Shown: piece by piece, positions 10,965-25,244 of the stretch
How positions within the stretch are numbered: position 1 is the first letter of the stretch
How the letters are laid out: each line of letters starts with the position of its first letter
Assembly: GCA_951406725.2 (NCBI GenBank)
Contig: OX597814.1
Coordinates: forward strand, 211,482,001-211,546,000
Direction of reading: 5' to 3'
Length of the DNA: 64,000 nucleotides
Source: Octopus vulgaris
Taxonomy: Eukaryota
The notes under the pieces: generated by a model
Told to the model about the DNA's origin: nothing
The model's input: the letters and a program-made list of their open reading frames with translations, nothing else
The model's database searches: none
Made by a program: the position numbers and the translations under genes

Positions 10965-11535
10965 GGCGGCGAGCTGGCAGAACCGTTAGCAACCCGGGCC
11001 GAAATGCGTAGCCGTATTTCGTCTGCCGCTACGTTCTGAGTTCAAAATCCGCCGAGGTCGACTTTGCCTTTCATCCTTTCGAGGTCGATAAATTAAGTAC
11101 CAGTTACGCCCTGGGGGCGATGTAATCAAATTAAGCCGTTTGCCTGTCCTTGTTTGTCCCCTCTGTGTTTAGCCCCTTATGGGTAGTAAAGAAATAGGTA
11201 TTTCGTCTGCCACTACGTTCTGAGTTCAAATTCCGCCGAGGTCGACTTTGCCTTTCATCCTTTCGAGGTCGATAAATTAAGTACCAATTACGCACTGGGG
11301 GCGATGTAATCGAATTAAGCCGTTTGTCTGTCCTTGTTTGTCCCCTCTGTGTTTAGCCCCTCGTGAGTAGTAAAAAAATAGGCATTTTGCTCCGAGTTCC
11401 AATTCTACCGAGGTCGACTTTGCCTTTCATCCTTTCAGGTTCAATAGATTAAGTACCAGTTGCGTACTGGTGTCGATCAAACCAACTGTCTCCATCCCAA
11501 GAAATTTCCGGCATTGTGCCTATAGTAGAAAGGAT
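10965..11535 (+). mobile_element. Trimeric tRNA-derived SINE, family 2 (Meta-domain-like)
   Basis: Head ggcggcgagctggcagaa, B box gagttcaaat, and the core gactttgcctttcatcctttcgaggtcgataaattaagtaccag repeated three times (near 11060, 11243, 11416). The core resembles the MetaSINE central domain as recalled. Confidence 0.85.
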
Positions 11536-12344
11536 TGTTATTAGTAGAAGTAGTAGCAGCAGCAGCAGCACATTCTTTAACAAGTGTAGTCCTGTTTTCA
11601 CAGTATTTCAGCAGAAGCCGCTGAAATATCACTTGCATAAACTGAGAGTCACATGGGAATTTTAACGAAAGAAAAATGAACGGAACATACGAGACAAAAG
11701 AAGAAACGTGCTGCAGATAAACAATAAAACAATATAGAGATAAAGCTTACCTGATTTCATTAATCATAAAAGTAACAAAATTATGAATAACGTAATTTAA
11801 GGCAATTTCATTTGTATGGATTTTCTGAAGACTAAAATTGTATTTAAAAAATCTGTGATACATCCTGAGAAACTAATTGGCCGTCTCAACATCGTCTAAG
11901 ATTCAGTTAAATTCAGTCGTTCTCTTCAATTTTAAAGATGGATGATATGACTAATAAAGTATCTAGCTACTATTTCAAGCAAGTTAAGTGTACACGTAGT
12001 GGTCCTGTCATCATCTCATGACGTACGAGATGACGTCCATTTATACAACATAGACTGTGTTAACAAGTGCATTTAAACTCTCAATACTTAGTGTGGGCTG
12101 TGTTCTAATTTATGGTAACATGCAATCTCTACATTAATTCTTTTATTCATTGTTATAAGTGTTATTATTCAGATACTTATTGATTCGAATGTTGAGTTAT
12201 TGTTTCTTTGTTTAACGTCATCTTTATATGTTGTGAAACATTTACGTCATTGTAAATGGGTGTTACTTTCAGATTTAAGCCGTTGCTTCTCCTGATATTA
12301 TTATCGTTGTTCATAGACCTTTGTACCCTAAGCACAAAGCATTA

Positions 12345-12530
12345 AAGTTGGTAGAAGGAGGCAAATCAATTACATCGACCCGGTGCTTCGCCGGAATTTA
12401 ATTTATCGACACAAAAAGGAGGATAGCCAAAGTTAACCTTGGAAGAATTTGAACGCAGAACGAAAAGCAGAAGAAATACTGCCAAGCATCTCGTCCTGCG
12501 TACCAGAGATTATGTCAGTGCGCAGCCTTA
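12345..12530 (-). mobile_element. Degraded family-2 SINE
   Basis: tacatcgaccc...atttatcgac...aaagttaaccttggaagaatttgaac...gaaatactgccaagcat. Confidence 0.6.
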
Positions 12531-13442
12531 TTTTCATTTTTATACTGATACTCATTTTTTGTCTCAGATCATCGTAAATCGAACACTCTTATGATCAAAA
12601 CCAAAATTATTTCCTTCTTTGCTTTCTTCTAGTATTGCATATTTCTGTTTCTTCTCGAGACATAAGTTTAAAGAACGACTTGTGTTGAATCTCTCTTGTA
12701 CTAACACTGTAACATAATTTTATATAGTTCTAGTAATATAACATGTACGTTTGTTGCCTATCCGTGCGTTTTATATCATCTGTTGACAATAGTGTATGGT
12801 TCGATAATCATGAACACTGGAAATTATGCGGATACTTGGATCACACACACATTCACACACACACATCTGAATCTATTGCTAAGATAAGGGACAACAGATC
12901 TCGTCAAGATGGATTTGCTTGTCTAATACCCGAAATTTGCAAAGCCTTCACAGGTTTGTGCTGAGTTGAGTGTCACTGAGTTAAAGAACAAGGAACTAAC
13001 GATGCAGGACGAAAGGCCTACTTGCTCAACAAGATGCGATTGAAAAATACTAGAACATTGTAGAGAACGCTGACTTATTAGTGCAATGACATCATCTGTG
13101 AGAGAAATATATTTTATCTGTAGGCGAAGATTTCGACCGAAAATTGAGGATTTTTTTCCAGCACTATATAGCACTACTTCTACACTGTACTTAATTTTTG
13201 CTATTGTTTCCTGTCAGCGCACTGTTGAAAGTTCTATCGTAAAATTCCATGTATTTTATCCTCATTTTAGTCGGGAAATTATTCCAAGAAACGAGATCTC
13301 TTGACAATCGTTTCTCAAAGCATATCTAACAGGCCTGAGGCAAATTGTCTATTCTCATATCCAAACTTTTGATAACTTCTTGAAATTTCTAGTTCAGTAA
13401 TCATTTGGACATACAAACGTTATTTATAGTTATCGATATAGG

Positions 13443-13603
13443 TGAAGGAGTGTCTGTGTAGTACGAAGTTTGCGTCCAAATATCATAGTTGTGTTCAGTT
13501 GTAATGCGTGGTACATTGGTGAAAAGTCTTCTTCTATAGGCACGGGACGACCAAAGTCTGGTGAATGGATTTGGTAGACGGAAACTGAAAGAAATATATC
13601 GTG

Positions 13604-13640
<37 letters not shown>

Positions 13641-13790
13641 GTGTATGTGCGTGTTTGTCCCCCACCGCCGCTTGACAACCAAAAGAATAAGTATTAGGTT
13701 CGTTTAAAAAAACCCTACTGGGGTCGAATTCTTCAAGGCAATGCCCCAACTTTGTGGTATCTAATGGTTGAAACAAGTAAAGGATAAAAG
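13443..13790 (+). mobile_element. Degraded SINE (50575-50960 family)
   Basis: ggagtgtctgtgtagt...gtcttcttctatag...gtgaatggatttggtagacggaaactgaaagaa...gaaacaagtaaagg. Confidence 0.7.
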
Positions 13791-16218
13791 GCACAATATT
13801 GCGTTCAAAATTTTACAGAGAGACTACGAAACAAATTCTTTCTTGCTTTAAACCGTTTGTAGCTAATTTTCTGTATATCTATTTTATTGTTCGTCCGAAA
13901 CTAGAGTATAACTTACGCACAGTAAATTTTCGCACAGCGTTATATCAAATACTATTGTGCATTCATAATATTTTTGGTGAGTAGTAGTAGTAGTAGTAAT
14001 AGGGTCTGTGTAGGTTTAAGTAGATGGATGTTAGAATCTGTCATCCATTTTAATAGTTCTAGTAAACTCTACTCACACCTTGATGGCTGTATTCATCCTC
14101 TCAATTAAGAAATAGTTTGCATCAATAAATTTATCTTGCAAGATACAGCATATTGAAACCATAATCCAGGTCATATCATATTTAATATTGCTAACACTTA
14201 AAATATGTAAAATTTAGTACGATATTTCAAATGAAATACTTGTGAACAGTTCAAATATTCCAGTTCGTTATATCGTTCAACTAATACTATGTAAGTTACA
14301 TGTGTACAGTAAGATAAGAGATTGGAATTTCTTGGACATTGACATAGCGTATCGAATGCAGCTGAATAATCAAATTATTTACTCTTAGAACCTTAATCTG
14401 ACAGGTTAGCAACACCGATGTATGCAGACTCTACAGATAATGTAATCTATTAAATTAAGAAGCGTGCGACGGAGATATGCTGTCCAATTTCTGTACATGC
14501 TTAGTTTTGCACATATTAAATTTTGCTGTGGTGATAGTTTTAGGTTAAAATTCAAGTTAATGAGAGCATGTGATTGCGTATCGTGACTTCAATATTCTTT
14601 TGCATCTCATTTTGCTTAGTATAGATTAGCCATGTATTTCACCATTCTCAAGCATGCACTGATACGAATATTGTTAATTGTAACATTTATAAGGAAACTA
14701 GAAATCGTTAAAATCTAGTTATTGATAATTCAATCTCGCATTAGGACTAGATTTACATACACGTTGATTATGCCAATTGCTCTACGCTGTAATAAATATT
14801 TCATGTTAGTTGTATGTTTGCTTATGATTGATGCATTGCTAATTATCGTTGTGACGTTGCATGATGATTTCTCTTATGGAATATAAAATATACAACGAGC
14901 TAGTGACTTCCGTGTTACCTTCTATTAGCAAAATGTACAGCATTTTCCATATGTCTATTTCAATATTGTTGTCGAAATGCAGAATCTGTAATAAACTTAT
15001 AATTTCATGTAACTCTATCATGGCTCCACTTACATTGCAAACGAGTTCTGTTTTATTTTCACTTTTATTTTTTAAGTTTCCATTTTTTTTAAAACTGTCT
15101 CGGACGGAAACTTTTTTCCAGTATAATTTTGATGTCGGCTTTAAGGAAATTGTCAAAATGTTACATAATACAGCATATAAAATACTTATCAACACATATA
15201 CATGCCCACCCACACAAGCACTGATACATGCAAAGCCGTACACATATATTACACACACCCACAGATAAAAATTGCATACACAGACATACATTTTAAGTTT
15301 CCATTCTATAATCATATCGATATTTGTTTACAATTATGAGCACATCACTATATGAAAGTAGATTTCTTCTAATGTCTAAAAACCCGATTGCCAGTTCTGA
15401 ATAGTGTACACTAGTTCCTTTTGTTTTCAAAGCAGTTTTTGGCTATATCTATCCCCCTAACAAGTTTTTATCACACGATACTGTGGTCTTCAAATTTAGA
15501 AAAAAACATTTCATAACAACAAATTTGAAACCTAAGCACCAGAAAGACAGGCAGACTACTGCTACTATGTAAGTCTTATCTATTTAAGAAAACATATTGC
15601 ATCGATAAATTTATGAAAACCATTTTTAAGTAATTAATACTGTTTATAAATAAGCGCCTTGCAATGGCAACGACTACCAATAGTGCACAACTAAAAGACT
15701 CATATACATGAAATCTCGAAATGTATGACGAATTTAGAATGTGGGACCACCACCATAGCTCTATGAAGATAGAGCTATTGTGAGTAACGGCTCACAGTTT
15801 CATAGAATGGCCGCCCACTAGCGAGAATACAATTAAAAGAAGCAAACACCTATACTCGTTTACCATGTCATGCAGAAGTACAAATAAACGATAAAAATGT
15901 TGAAGTAAAAAAGTTTTCCTGACTTCTGAAACACCGAACAATAAAACACACGAGGGAAATGAAACAAATACAAGAAACGCATCTCTATTCAATATAAAGA
16001 ACGAAGGTTTGTTAATGCTATGTAACCACAACATACAATGAAGGGGGGATAACCATGAAACGAAATAGCCATTCACCATTACATATACAGGTATATTTTC
16101 ATGTCAGCAGCAACAAGATGAAGCGAACTGTAGAATAAACAAATAAAATAACACGTCATCTATTGAAATATAATAAGTTAGCAACTGTAAAATTGGTTAC
16201 AAATCATATATTTTACTA

Positions 16219-17459
16219 TTGCGTTCGCAATTAATTCCCGCCGATTTTTTAAAATATGGAATTTATTACGTTTTTAAATTTTGGAATCTATATTTTTCGA
16301 GAATTCCATTTTTTTAATCATTTTGGAATCTATTTTGTTTATTTTCTAGTTAAGATTGGTTAATTTTTGTTTATTTTTCAGATCATTAAAATGGAATGTC
16401 AAGTTAAGAAAAACGAGTTTTTTCGACACCTCGTTCCTTTTGCTTTTAATCAAGGTTCTAAGGCGGCAAAAGCTGTTCGCGACATTTGTGCTGTGTATGG
16501 AGATGGTGCCATAGCTGAAAGAACCGCTCCTGATTGGTATGCCAAGTTTAAAAAATGTAAATTTTGACCTCAAAGACGCACCTCGTTCTGGCTGTCCAGT
16601 TGAGTTCGACGAAGAGCGATTAAACCAACTCTTGTACGAAAAGTCTCGTCAAACGACAAGGGAACTGGCAGAGAAAATAGAATGCTCCCATACTGCTATA
16701 GAGAAGCATCTTCACTCGAGGGGAAAGATTCAGAATTACGGAGCATGGGTTCCGCGTGCTTTAAGTAACAACAACAAAATCAACGAGCCACAATCTCCAC
16801 TGGTTTGCTTGCGCGTCAACGCTCAACTCAGACACAAGCAACGATTTATTTACCGAATCGTTACTGGCAACGGAAAATGGTTCTTGTACATCAATATGAA
16901 GCAGCGTAAGGAATGGCTTAGCCCCGGTAAACAAGCGACACTGCGCGTGAAACAAGATATTCATCCGTGTAAAACGATGTTGTGCGTATGGTGGGACTGG
17001 GAAGGGATTATCCACTACGAATTGCTTGAATGGAGCCAAACGTTCAACAGATGTAACGGCTCAACACGGCTATTCAAGAGAAAGGACCTAATCGGCAGCA
17101 TGGAGTTCTTCTGCGGCACGGCAACGCTCGCCCTCATATCGCCATTATGACCCAGGTGGCCATTCAAACACGTGGATGAGAAGTGCTGCCACACCCGCCG
17201 TACTCTTTGGATCTCTTTCAAATATTATGCGTAGAGTTTCGTTTAATACTGATGCAGAATTGAGAGCTTTGTTGGATCATACTTCGAGTCGAAATCGGAT
17301 GATGTCTACCAACGAGATATTGAAAATCATGTTGAACGTTGGGAAGAAGTTCTAAACAACAAGGGTGAATACATTATTGATTAATTAGTTATTTTATATT
17401 AAATCTTTTAAAAACCTTAAATTTAAAAAAAAACGGCGGGAACTTAGTTGCCAATCCAA
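16219..17459 (+). mobile_element. Full-length mariner DNA transposon (mellifera-like), degenerate
   Basis: Imperfect TIRs ttgcgttcgcaattaattcccgccgatttt and (reverse complement) ttggattggcaactaagttcccgccgtttt. TA TSD at 16217-16218 and 17460-17461. About 1.24 kb. Confidence 0.92.
16391..17384 (+). pseudogene. Mariner transposase pseudogene (frameshifted)
   Basis: MECQVKKNEFFRHL...ICAVYGDGAIAERT, DLKDAPRSGCPVEFD, WVPRAL (WVPHEL motif), IVTGNGKW (TGDEKW), MLCVWWDWEGIIHYELL, LPHPPYSLDL (YSPDL), spread over several frames. Confidence 0.93.
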
Positions 17460-18065
17460 TATAATAGGCGTTGTGTCTCTCTGTCTGCTTCCTCTTTACG
17501 GTCAATCTGCTGGACCAATGGTCACGATGTTTATCAAGATTACGAGGGAGGTATTCAGGAAGGTTTTTGTGAAACAAATTCGAAAAAGTATGATTATTTA
17601 ATGGATATTGTGTTCTGCATCAATAAATCACCTTTAATTTGTTTTGTTGAAATTCCAGTGACGAAGATTAACTCTGGATTCACACCCCGTATATTTTGTG
17701 AATTTAGAGGGTTGATATTTGCAATACTATCCCTCTATTTCCCATCATAGATGGGCAGATTTGCTATCTTACTATAATGGGCGTTATGTCCATCTGTCCG
17801 TCTCTTTGACTGTTCCATATTGACAGGCAGACGGCTGGACCAATGGCTGCGATATTTTTAAGGATTACAAAGACGGTCGTCAGAAAGGTTTTACAATTAA
17901 AAAAAACATGAGAAAGTATGATTACTACGTGGATATCGATTTCTATATTAATAAACCACCTTCGCATTTTTATAAAAAATTCACCGACCACGAGTAACTA
18001 TGGATTTTCATCATATACTTACTGACTCCATAGTAGATACGAATAGGGTCGCAAGGACAGTTAAT
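17460..18065 (+). mobile_element. Two tandem ~300-bp copies of a non-autonomous, possibly Helitron-like repeat
   Basis: 17460-17760 and 17765-18065 share taat.ggcgtt.tgtc, gctggaccaatgg, aggtttt, aaagtatgatta and aataaa.cacctt. The tcttactataat start is reminiscent of Helitron 5' ends, but there is no clean CTAG end. Confidence 0.45.
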
Positions 18066-19794
18066 AGCGTCAATAAAATGGAAAATGTGTGTCAGTACAT
18101 AGTGTATGTGATTGTTTAGTGGTTATTGAAGTTTCTCAGTCTCGTGCAGGATTCGAAACGACTGTTGTTTACACCACAGTTTTGTCAATCAAAATAACCC
18201 ATCGTACTAGAAAATCCGGATATTATTCGCGTAGCACAGTGACACGTAAAGCTCAGTTTGATTTTTTGCAACCCTGAAGATTCCGCTCGCGCATTCACAG
18301 CAAACAAAGCGCAGGGCTATAGTTAAGATCCTGTAGGTATACCTCTACCCATTCCGATATTTACACACGGCCAGTTATACGTCGCTGTGAGTAGAGCAAC
18401 GGACGCCAGCAATTTAAAAATTAGTGTCAAGCAAACAGAAGATATCGTCTACAAAGAAGTTTTGTAACAATATTGAGATTATCGAAATGAACACGATTCA
18501 TAATTATAAATAAGGAAATTTGTCATGTTTGAATGTATAAGATTATAAACGAGCGCGAAACAGTTTAAACAACTGAAATAAAAATATACCTAAATAACGT
18601 TTTTTTCTTAATACTTTTAATGTAGTGGTCGAAGGAAGCACTGGTTTTCCTTAGGAGTGGTCCACATAATGATTCAAGAAACAGAGGCTGAGAGCCTATT
18701 TCATTTCGGGAATGAATCGCCATCACGTCACTTAGTCGCAAACACATATTATATAGTTGAAATAGCATGCTATATAAGCAATAGTAATGCGATTTCTCTA
18801 AGACATCACCCAGTAATCTATCAAGTCCTTTTACACAATTCCCCCCCTACATAGTGTTGTTATGACTTCTTTCGTTCATTTTAGGCCTCCATCGTAGAAG
18901 TGTAGGTTTGCTAGTATATATAATTATATATCCATAGATCTATTTAAATGGTTTCACTTTGCTATTGTAAAAGTTTTCAATAACAGATATAAATGAAGTG
19001 CAACTGCGTTTGTACGAAGGCGAACAGCAAAAGTTGAGTGCGTTTACAGCCTTAAGTAGTGACATCAATCTAAAATTAAATACATTTTGGTTCCTACAGA
19101 CATTTGTCAATGAGGATTCTTGCAAAGCAAGGGAATAAACAGATTAGATTCTTCCTAACGAATCGACTGTGGGTGAAGATAGTTGAGACGAAGAAATTAG
19201 AAACTGGATCGTTGAACATTCCCTTTCATTATTTCAGGATAGGGAAACTGAATCCGTTATGATTTGAAAGTGAATTATGATATGTTCTCGTAATGTATAG
19301 CGTGCTTTAAAAGATTGGAAAGGAAATGTAATATTTTATCCGTTCTTTTCCGGATTCACAACAGTAATGAAAGCAAACAAATCATTATGTTAAACTGTAT
19401 CACATTCTGAGTTTGAAATTAATATTATTTTAAAAGCTGTGCAATTTACAATAAGAGAAAAAACAACTTTACTGAAAGGCTTTGAATGCACATCACAATT
19501 TATTAAACATTAATATGAAGCTCACCTCACAATTACTCTAATAAACTCAAGTACATCATGAAATTTAAATGTCTCTTCTGTCTTTAACAACCTGCCTAGG
19601 TTAATGAACAAAACAGCTAATTTTGCATAAATTTAGGAAACTAAATTTGCTGAGAAAGTTAGTTAGATACAACTGAATTCAAAAGGTATTAAAAGTAAGA
19701 GTTTATCTTAAATATTTGGTTTTATTAAAGTGGAACTAGTAATTATTATAATTTTCGTGCTGGCCATTTTTGGATCTGTTGCGTCATCACACGG

Positions 19795-20179
19795 ATGGAA
19801 ACACTCCGTCGGTTACGACGATGAGGGTTCCGGTTGATCCGATCAACGGAACAGCCTGCTCGTGAAATTAACGTGTAAGTGGCTGAGCATTCCACAGACA
19901 CGTGTACCCTTAACGTAGTTCTCGGGGATATTCAGCGTGACACAGAGAGTGGCAAGGCCGGCCCTTTGAAATACAGGTACAACAGAAATAGGAAGTAAGG
20001 GTGAGAGAAAGTTGTGGTGAAAGAGTACAGTAGGGATCACCACCATCCCTGCCGGAGCCTCATGGAGCTTTAGGTGTTTTCGCTCAATAAACACTCACAA
20101 CGCCCAGTCTGGGAATCGAAATCGCGATCCTACGACCGCGAGTCCGCTGCCCTAACCACTGGGCCATTGCGCCTCCACG
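19795..20179 (-). mobile_element. tRNA-derived SINE, family 1
   Basis: Near-identical to 4812-5196. Degenerate TSD gcgtcatcaca / gcgtcttcaca. Confidence 0.9.
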
Positions 20180-20319
20180 CGTCTTCACATACGCGCTTTG
20201 GGAATCAATGTTCGTCGTGAGATCTATATTGTCGATTGAAACATTTCTTTTAACTCGTTTATCATACATTTCGCACTGATCGAAACACGTAGGAATATCA
20301 ACTGCATCAATGCCCATGT

Positions 20320-20530
20320 CACGCCGGCAGAATCATTTGGCTGTCGGATAAAAAGATTTTCGGCATTTCTTCCGGTTCTTTTCTAGTTTAAAATCTCCTC
20401 GAAATCAACTTCGTCTCTCCATCCACCAGGGTGGAGAAAATAAGATATCTGTCATATATTGGAAATGGTGGATTCGATTAAGCTTGCCCTCTCAAAGTTG
20501 CTAATCTCATACCCTAATAAGAAACAATTA
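20320..20530 (+). mobile_element. Highly degraded family-2 SINE
   Basis: ggcagaatcatt...ggcatttcttcc...ccatccacc agggtggagaaaataag...agaaacaattatt. Confidence 0.4.
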
Positions 20531-23109
20531 TTAACGCTATAATTACTTAGGACCAGAGAAAACGGATGACCCTAGCTTCAACAATAAAACATTGGTTTCC
20601 TAAATTTTGCGTTGTCTTTTCCTGTCTTTATTCAAATTTGCGAAATTTTTTGAGGATCTGTACGTTTCTTATAATTCAATACAAGTGTATGGGTGAAGGA
20701 AAATTGAGAGGGAAAAAAGAAGCAAAGGCAATTTAGGCTTTCATAAAATGGATTACAGATGTACGAACAACAAATAATGGTATAATATTTTGAAATAAAA
20801 TAGTTATAATAAAGGGTTAACATTTTATAGCACACTTAAATAATTAATTATTAGGTGATATATTATCATAAATATCGTCCTTGTTGTTAGATTACTGTCT
20901 GTTGTCATGTTCGTGGATATTGCCCATCATAATGTCCCTGGTTTGCGGTAATTTGTACAAAGCTTTGAACGGTTAGTGCTGGTTTATTTTACTAATTTGT
21001 CTTTAATGAATACTTGCTTATTTAATATATATTTATACTTTTGATGTATTATCATGTATCCTAATTCTACAGCTATTGAAGTTATTTCTGTGATAATATC
21101 TACACATCAAATGGTATTAAATTCATAGCAATGAAAATGCTGGTTATACTTTTATTGTTTTGAAAGCAACTTCCTTTCCAAGGACGTTTGTTTCTGTCTG
21201 TATGGATTACAACTGATTTTATAACCGACGCAATAAAGTTTCGAATGTTACAGAATCAGCAAAGTACTTGATAAAATATTTACCGCTATTTGTTTCTGTG
21301 CTTCGCCACTCATTTCAAATGCAGTTTATCTGCTTCCGCGTCGTTAAAATATGTACTATACAGTGTGTTGACATGTAACTATTAAGTTGCGAGTGATAAT
21401 GATACATTGGTGTCACCAATATTAATGGCTAAGAAAGTCGAGTATTGCCAATTGGTATATTTGGTTAATGGTTATTAGTTTAATGGCGGTTAAGCGTGGC
21501 AAATTAGAAGGCTACATTTGTACAAAGGCTGTAAGTTGCATTAATGGTTTCATGAGGCTTTGAAATATATTTACAGAAGAAAGAATTTCAAACTTAACAT
21601 ACCTTTTATTGAACTGTTACCAAGTTTAATCGCAGCTGCTGAGACGTAGAGAAATAGATTACAAATCTTACTCTGTTTGAAAAACTCTTTTCTTTGTATT
21701 TGTAGCAGGCTTACTATTTACTACGCGACTGAGGGAGAAGGAGATACACAGAGAGAAAAGGGAAAGAGTAGAGACAGAGAGAGACGGGCATGATAACGCT
21801 GACAGCTTCTGAATGAAGAGAATGCTTGGTTACAATAAAAATTAAGTGAGTTATCTGGGTTGAGCTGAGTTTGAAATAAGCTGTTCAAGAATTTGACAGT
21901 TGTTACGAATTTGGAGTGTAAACTGAGAAAAACCGGAAAGTAACATCCTGGGGTATTTAGATGAAGGTTTCAATTCCGAGTTGAGGATTCAGCTCCTATT
22001 TTTTAGAGGTATATAAAATCTGCTCCCTCCAAAATGCTTAGAATCAAAAGCATCCTTGACAGATATTTAAAATGAATATCTGCGACTGAAAGGAAATATC
22101 ACATCTTATAAACTTAGATATGTTTCGACCAAAGATTGGTCCAGGCCACGTCTAACTTAATAGCACCACCTGTTAGGATTATTTGAATCCTGTTTAAGTC
22201 AAGTTTTGTTTCTAGTCCATTCATGTAGTGAGTTTTTGTTGGGTGAGTTGTTAATTTACGTTAATTTTAAAACAGATGACGAGCGAAGCTCTAGCCCAAG
22301 CATTCAAGAATATACGAATTAATACTGGGGTCATTTTCAGGGAATATCGATGAAGATAGTGACAATATGGGAAGTCATAATTGTTAATGTAACATTTGGC
22401 GAAAAGTGGTCGACTGAGAGCAAGCCGGGCAAAGCAAGGCTGTTAAATAATTACAGCTCTATATTCTGTAGCGAGTACGGAACGTTGCCTTTTGACCTAC
22501 AGATTTAAAAAATAATTTTTTGTAACTTAACACTTTCAAACTTCGGACACTGGTAGAATGTGTCATATAAAACATATTTTACTCTTAGCATTTTTGAGAA
22601 AAACTCACATTGACGAAGTTATTTCACGTTAAAGTTCTCGTATTTTGGTAATTTCAACAAATCAATGACGTGTATTTTTAAGCCAAACGGGTGGGCAATA
22701 TAAATTTTGGTTGTACCTGTAAAATAAAGAAAATCAACTATGTAACATCACCTATAACTAAAAAATCTGTTTAAAAAATCTGTAAAATCAAAACAAAATT
22801 GGAATTTTTGAAAAGTAAAAAGTTAGCATTATGTAGCTTGTTATTCTCTTTAAGCGAACATTTTTCTGGTTGAAATACACCGAAAACTAGCAAAACAGCA
22901 ATTAAAAAATTGTAAAAAATAGGGATTTTCATAGAAAGAAAGCACCTTTTTATGTAAATAATTTTTGGTCTTAACCTGGTCCGATTTGAAATTTTTCTTC
23001 TACGGAATTATGAGCAAGCCCTCTTCTATCATATTCTTAATTTTTGTCAACTGCGCCACAGGGACTGAGAGGAAATACTGTTAAATACCAAACCTGCCAC
23101 ACGCGCCCA

Positions 23110-24480
23110 CACACAAACAACTTCAGCTTTACATATATAAATTTACATTTAGTTTTATCTGTACATGTACAGTTAATTATATTCTGGTCTTTATTGTTAT
23201 TGGAATAATTATTTAATTTGTTGATGTAAAACTTATTCAGCTTTAAATCTATTAAAAGAAGAAATAATGTTACCAACATAATTATTAGTAGAATAACCCA
23301 CTCCAACATTATTCATAGAAAAAATGTTATTATATTATTTACTATCTCTAATGAATACTTCAATTATATTTAAAATCTCTTTAATAATGTTCGTTTTACC
23401 ATGAGCTCCCTAAGGAATAATTAACCAAAGTTTTTTTTTTAATTATTAATATTATTATATTTATTTTTTATATTGTTAAATTTATTATCATTAAATGAAT
23501 TAAATTTCATCTTATTTTTAGTCTATTATATTCACGTTTTGTATTATTATAATACATATTATTAATACAATAATTACCTAAATTATACTTTTCCTAATTC
23601 TTAATGTTAAGTTTATTGTAAAAGCTCATTTAAAAATCATGAATCATTTAAATTATAATCTTTTATATTATAATTAGAATTTTTAAAGAATTTAACATTA
23701 TTATGTCCTGCCTCTCGCAGAGCTTCATTATGATAAGTTGCCTGTTTTTGGAAAATCTCAAAATTAGAAGAAAGCAACGATATTCTTTTACCTATATTAT
23801 CTGTCAACGATTTCTTAAATTGAGGTTGGATGATTACTATTAGAATTAATATATCTACGTTTTTCATTAATTTTATGCAATGGTTGGATTTCACATATTA
23901 TCAAATTGAAATTAGCATCTAAATAATTAACATTATAGTTATCTTTATATATATAATACTTAATCCATATCCTTTAAAAAAATTATTATTTCTTCTTATA
24001 TAATACTAGTGTTCTATACGTGCAATTCTTATTTGTTAATAAAAGGTCATCTCTATAAACCAGCCTCCAACTTTAATTTTTCTAATTGAAGTTCCGAGAA
24101 CAAATAGATACCTACCGAATCAGTTGCCTGTGCTCTCTTCAATTCAGCTTAGAAGCTACTAAGGTATCAGAAAGAATTATAGTTTCTTATGGGTACTTAA
24201 TTAGAAGGGCTACTTATATAAAGTCCAATATAGATACAGGAGGGTGGAACACTTTAAGAATGGGATAAATAACGTAATTACTAAGACCATTTTAAACAAT
24301 ATAGCCATATTGTATAAATTTAGGGTTATCAAAAATATTATTAAGAATGTTATAACAAAAGTATAAACTTTCTTTGAACACTTTAATTCTATGTCTTTAT
24401 GCAGTTGAGGATTGCTCTGCATTTAAATTGATGAAATGATTGCATTATTTAATTAAATGGAGTTGCTTGAAACGATCGTA
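23110..24480 (-). pseudogene. Penelope-like reverse transcriptase remnant
   Basis: Frameshifted GLYRDDLL near 24045-24065, then FLDANF, and SLTDNIGKRISLLSSNFEIFQKQATYHNEALREAGH, typical of the PLE RT C-terminus. Ends in NCTCTDKTKC. Confidence 0.75.
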
Positions 24481-24601
24481 CTGCATTACCTCTGGATATC
24501 CTTGTTGCTTATCTTGATTTTATTCATCTAATTTGAAAGTGTATGGAGAATACCGTACTAAATTCTTGTGCCTCAACTTAAGTACCTAATTACCTAATTC
24601 A

Positions 24602-24637
<36 letters not shown>

Positions 24638-25244
24638 CATAAAGAAATATATGTATATATATGTGTGTGTATATATATACATATATATATAATTACAATT
24701 TAAGCTATAGACTTAGAAAACGCTGTTTCACAAATATTCGTTCTCACAATTACACTCTCATATTTATATGATACTTTGACCATTATATATTAATGAAAGA
24801 TCATCTAAGTCAATTCTACAAAGGCATGCATCCTTCTAATCGATCGCCGGAAGAAGTCTACATCGAGGAGCGATCTCTTGACATATTGTGTTGTACTACA
24901 TTTTCATTTCTCGCCTTCAAATCGACTCATTTAATTACAAAGCCAATGACCTTCAGAAAATGTGAATAGATATCATACATTGGTTCCCCATTCAAAATGT
25001 AAATATTCCTCATTTGTATGTGTTCAAAACTGTTAAAAACGATAAAAAGTGTCAATTACAAAATTACAGTTCTGTTGCTGTTATATAAAATTTCGTCGAA
25101 CTTTCGTTTGGAGTTGTCGGCGAACTAAAGATGCATTATCTATTTTAAATTACTGTTGTTTAATTGTAGTAGTGTTCACTGAACACTTTCCTTTGTGCTC
25201 CCTTGTAGCATTTCGTTTTGCTTTCCCTTCCCATACAGGAGGGT

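Noticed and set aside
14839-15315. Overlapping 158-aa and 135-aa ORFs in unique-looking DNA
   Set aside because: AT-biased composition, no recognisable domain, no supportable exon structure.
22480-23095. Probable non-autonomous DNA-element fragment (also 37430-37960)
   Set aside because: Repeat-like texture, but no termini, TSD or second copy in the window to support a call.
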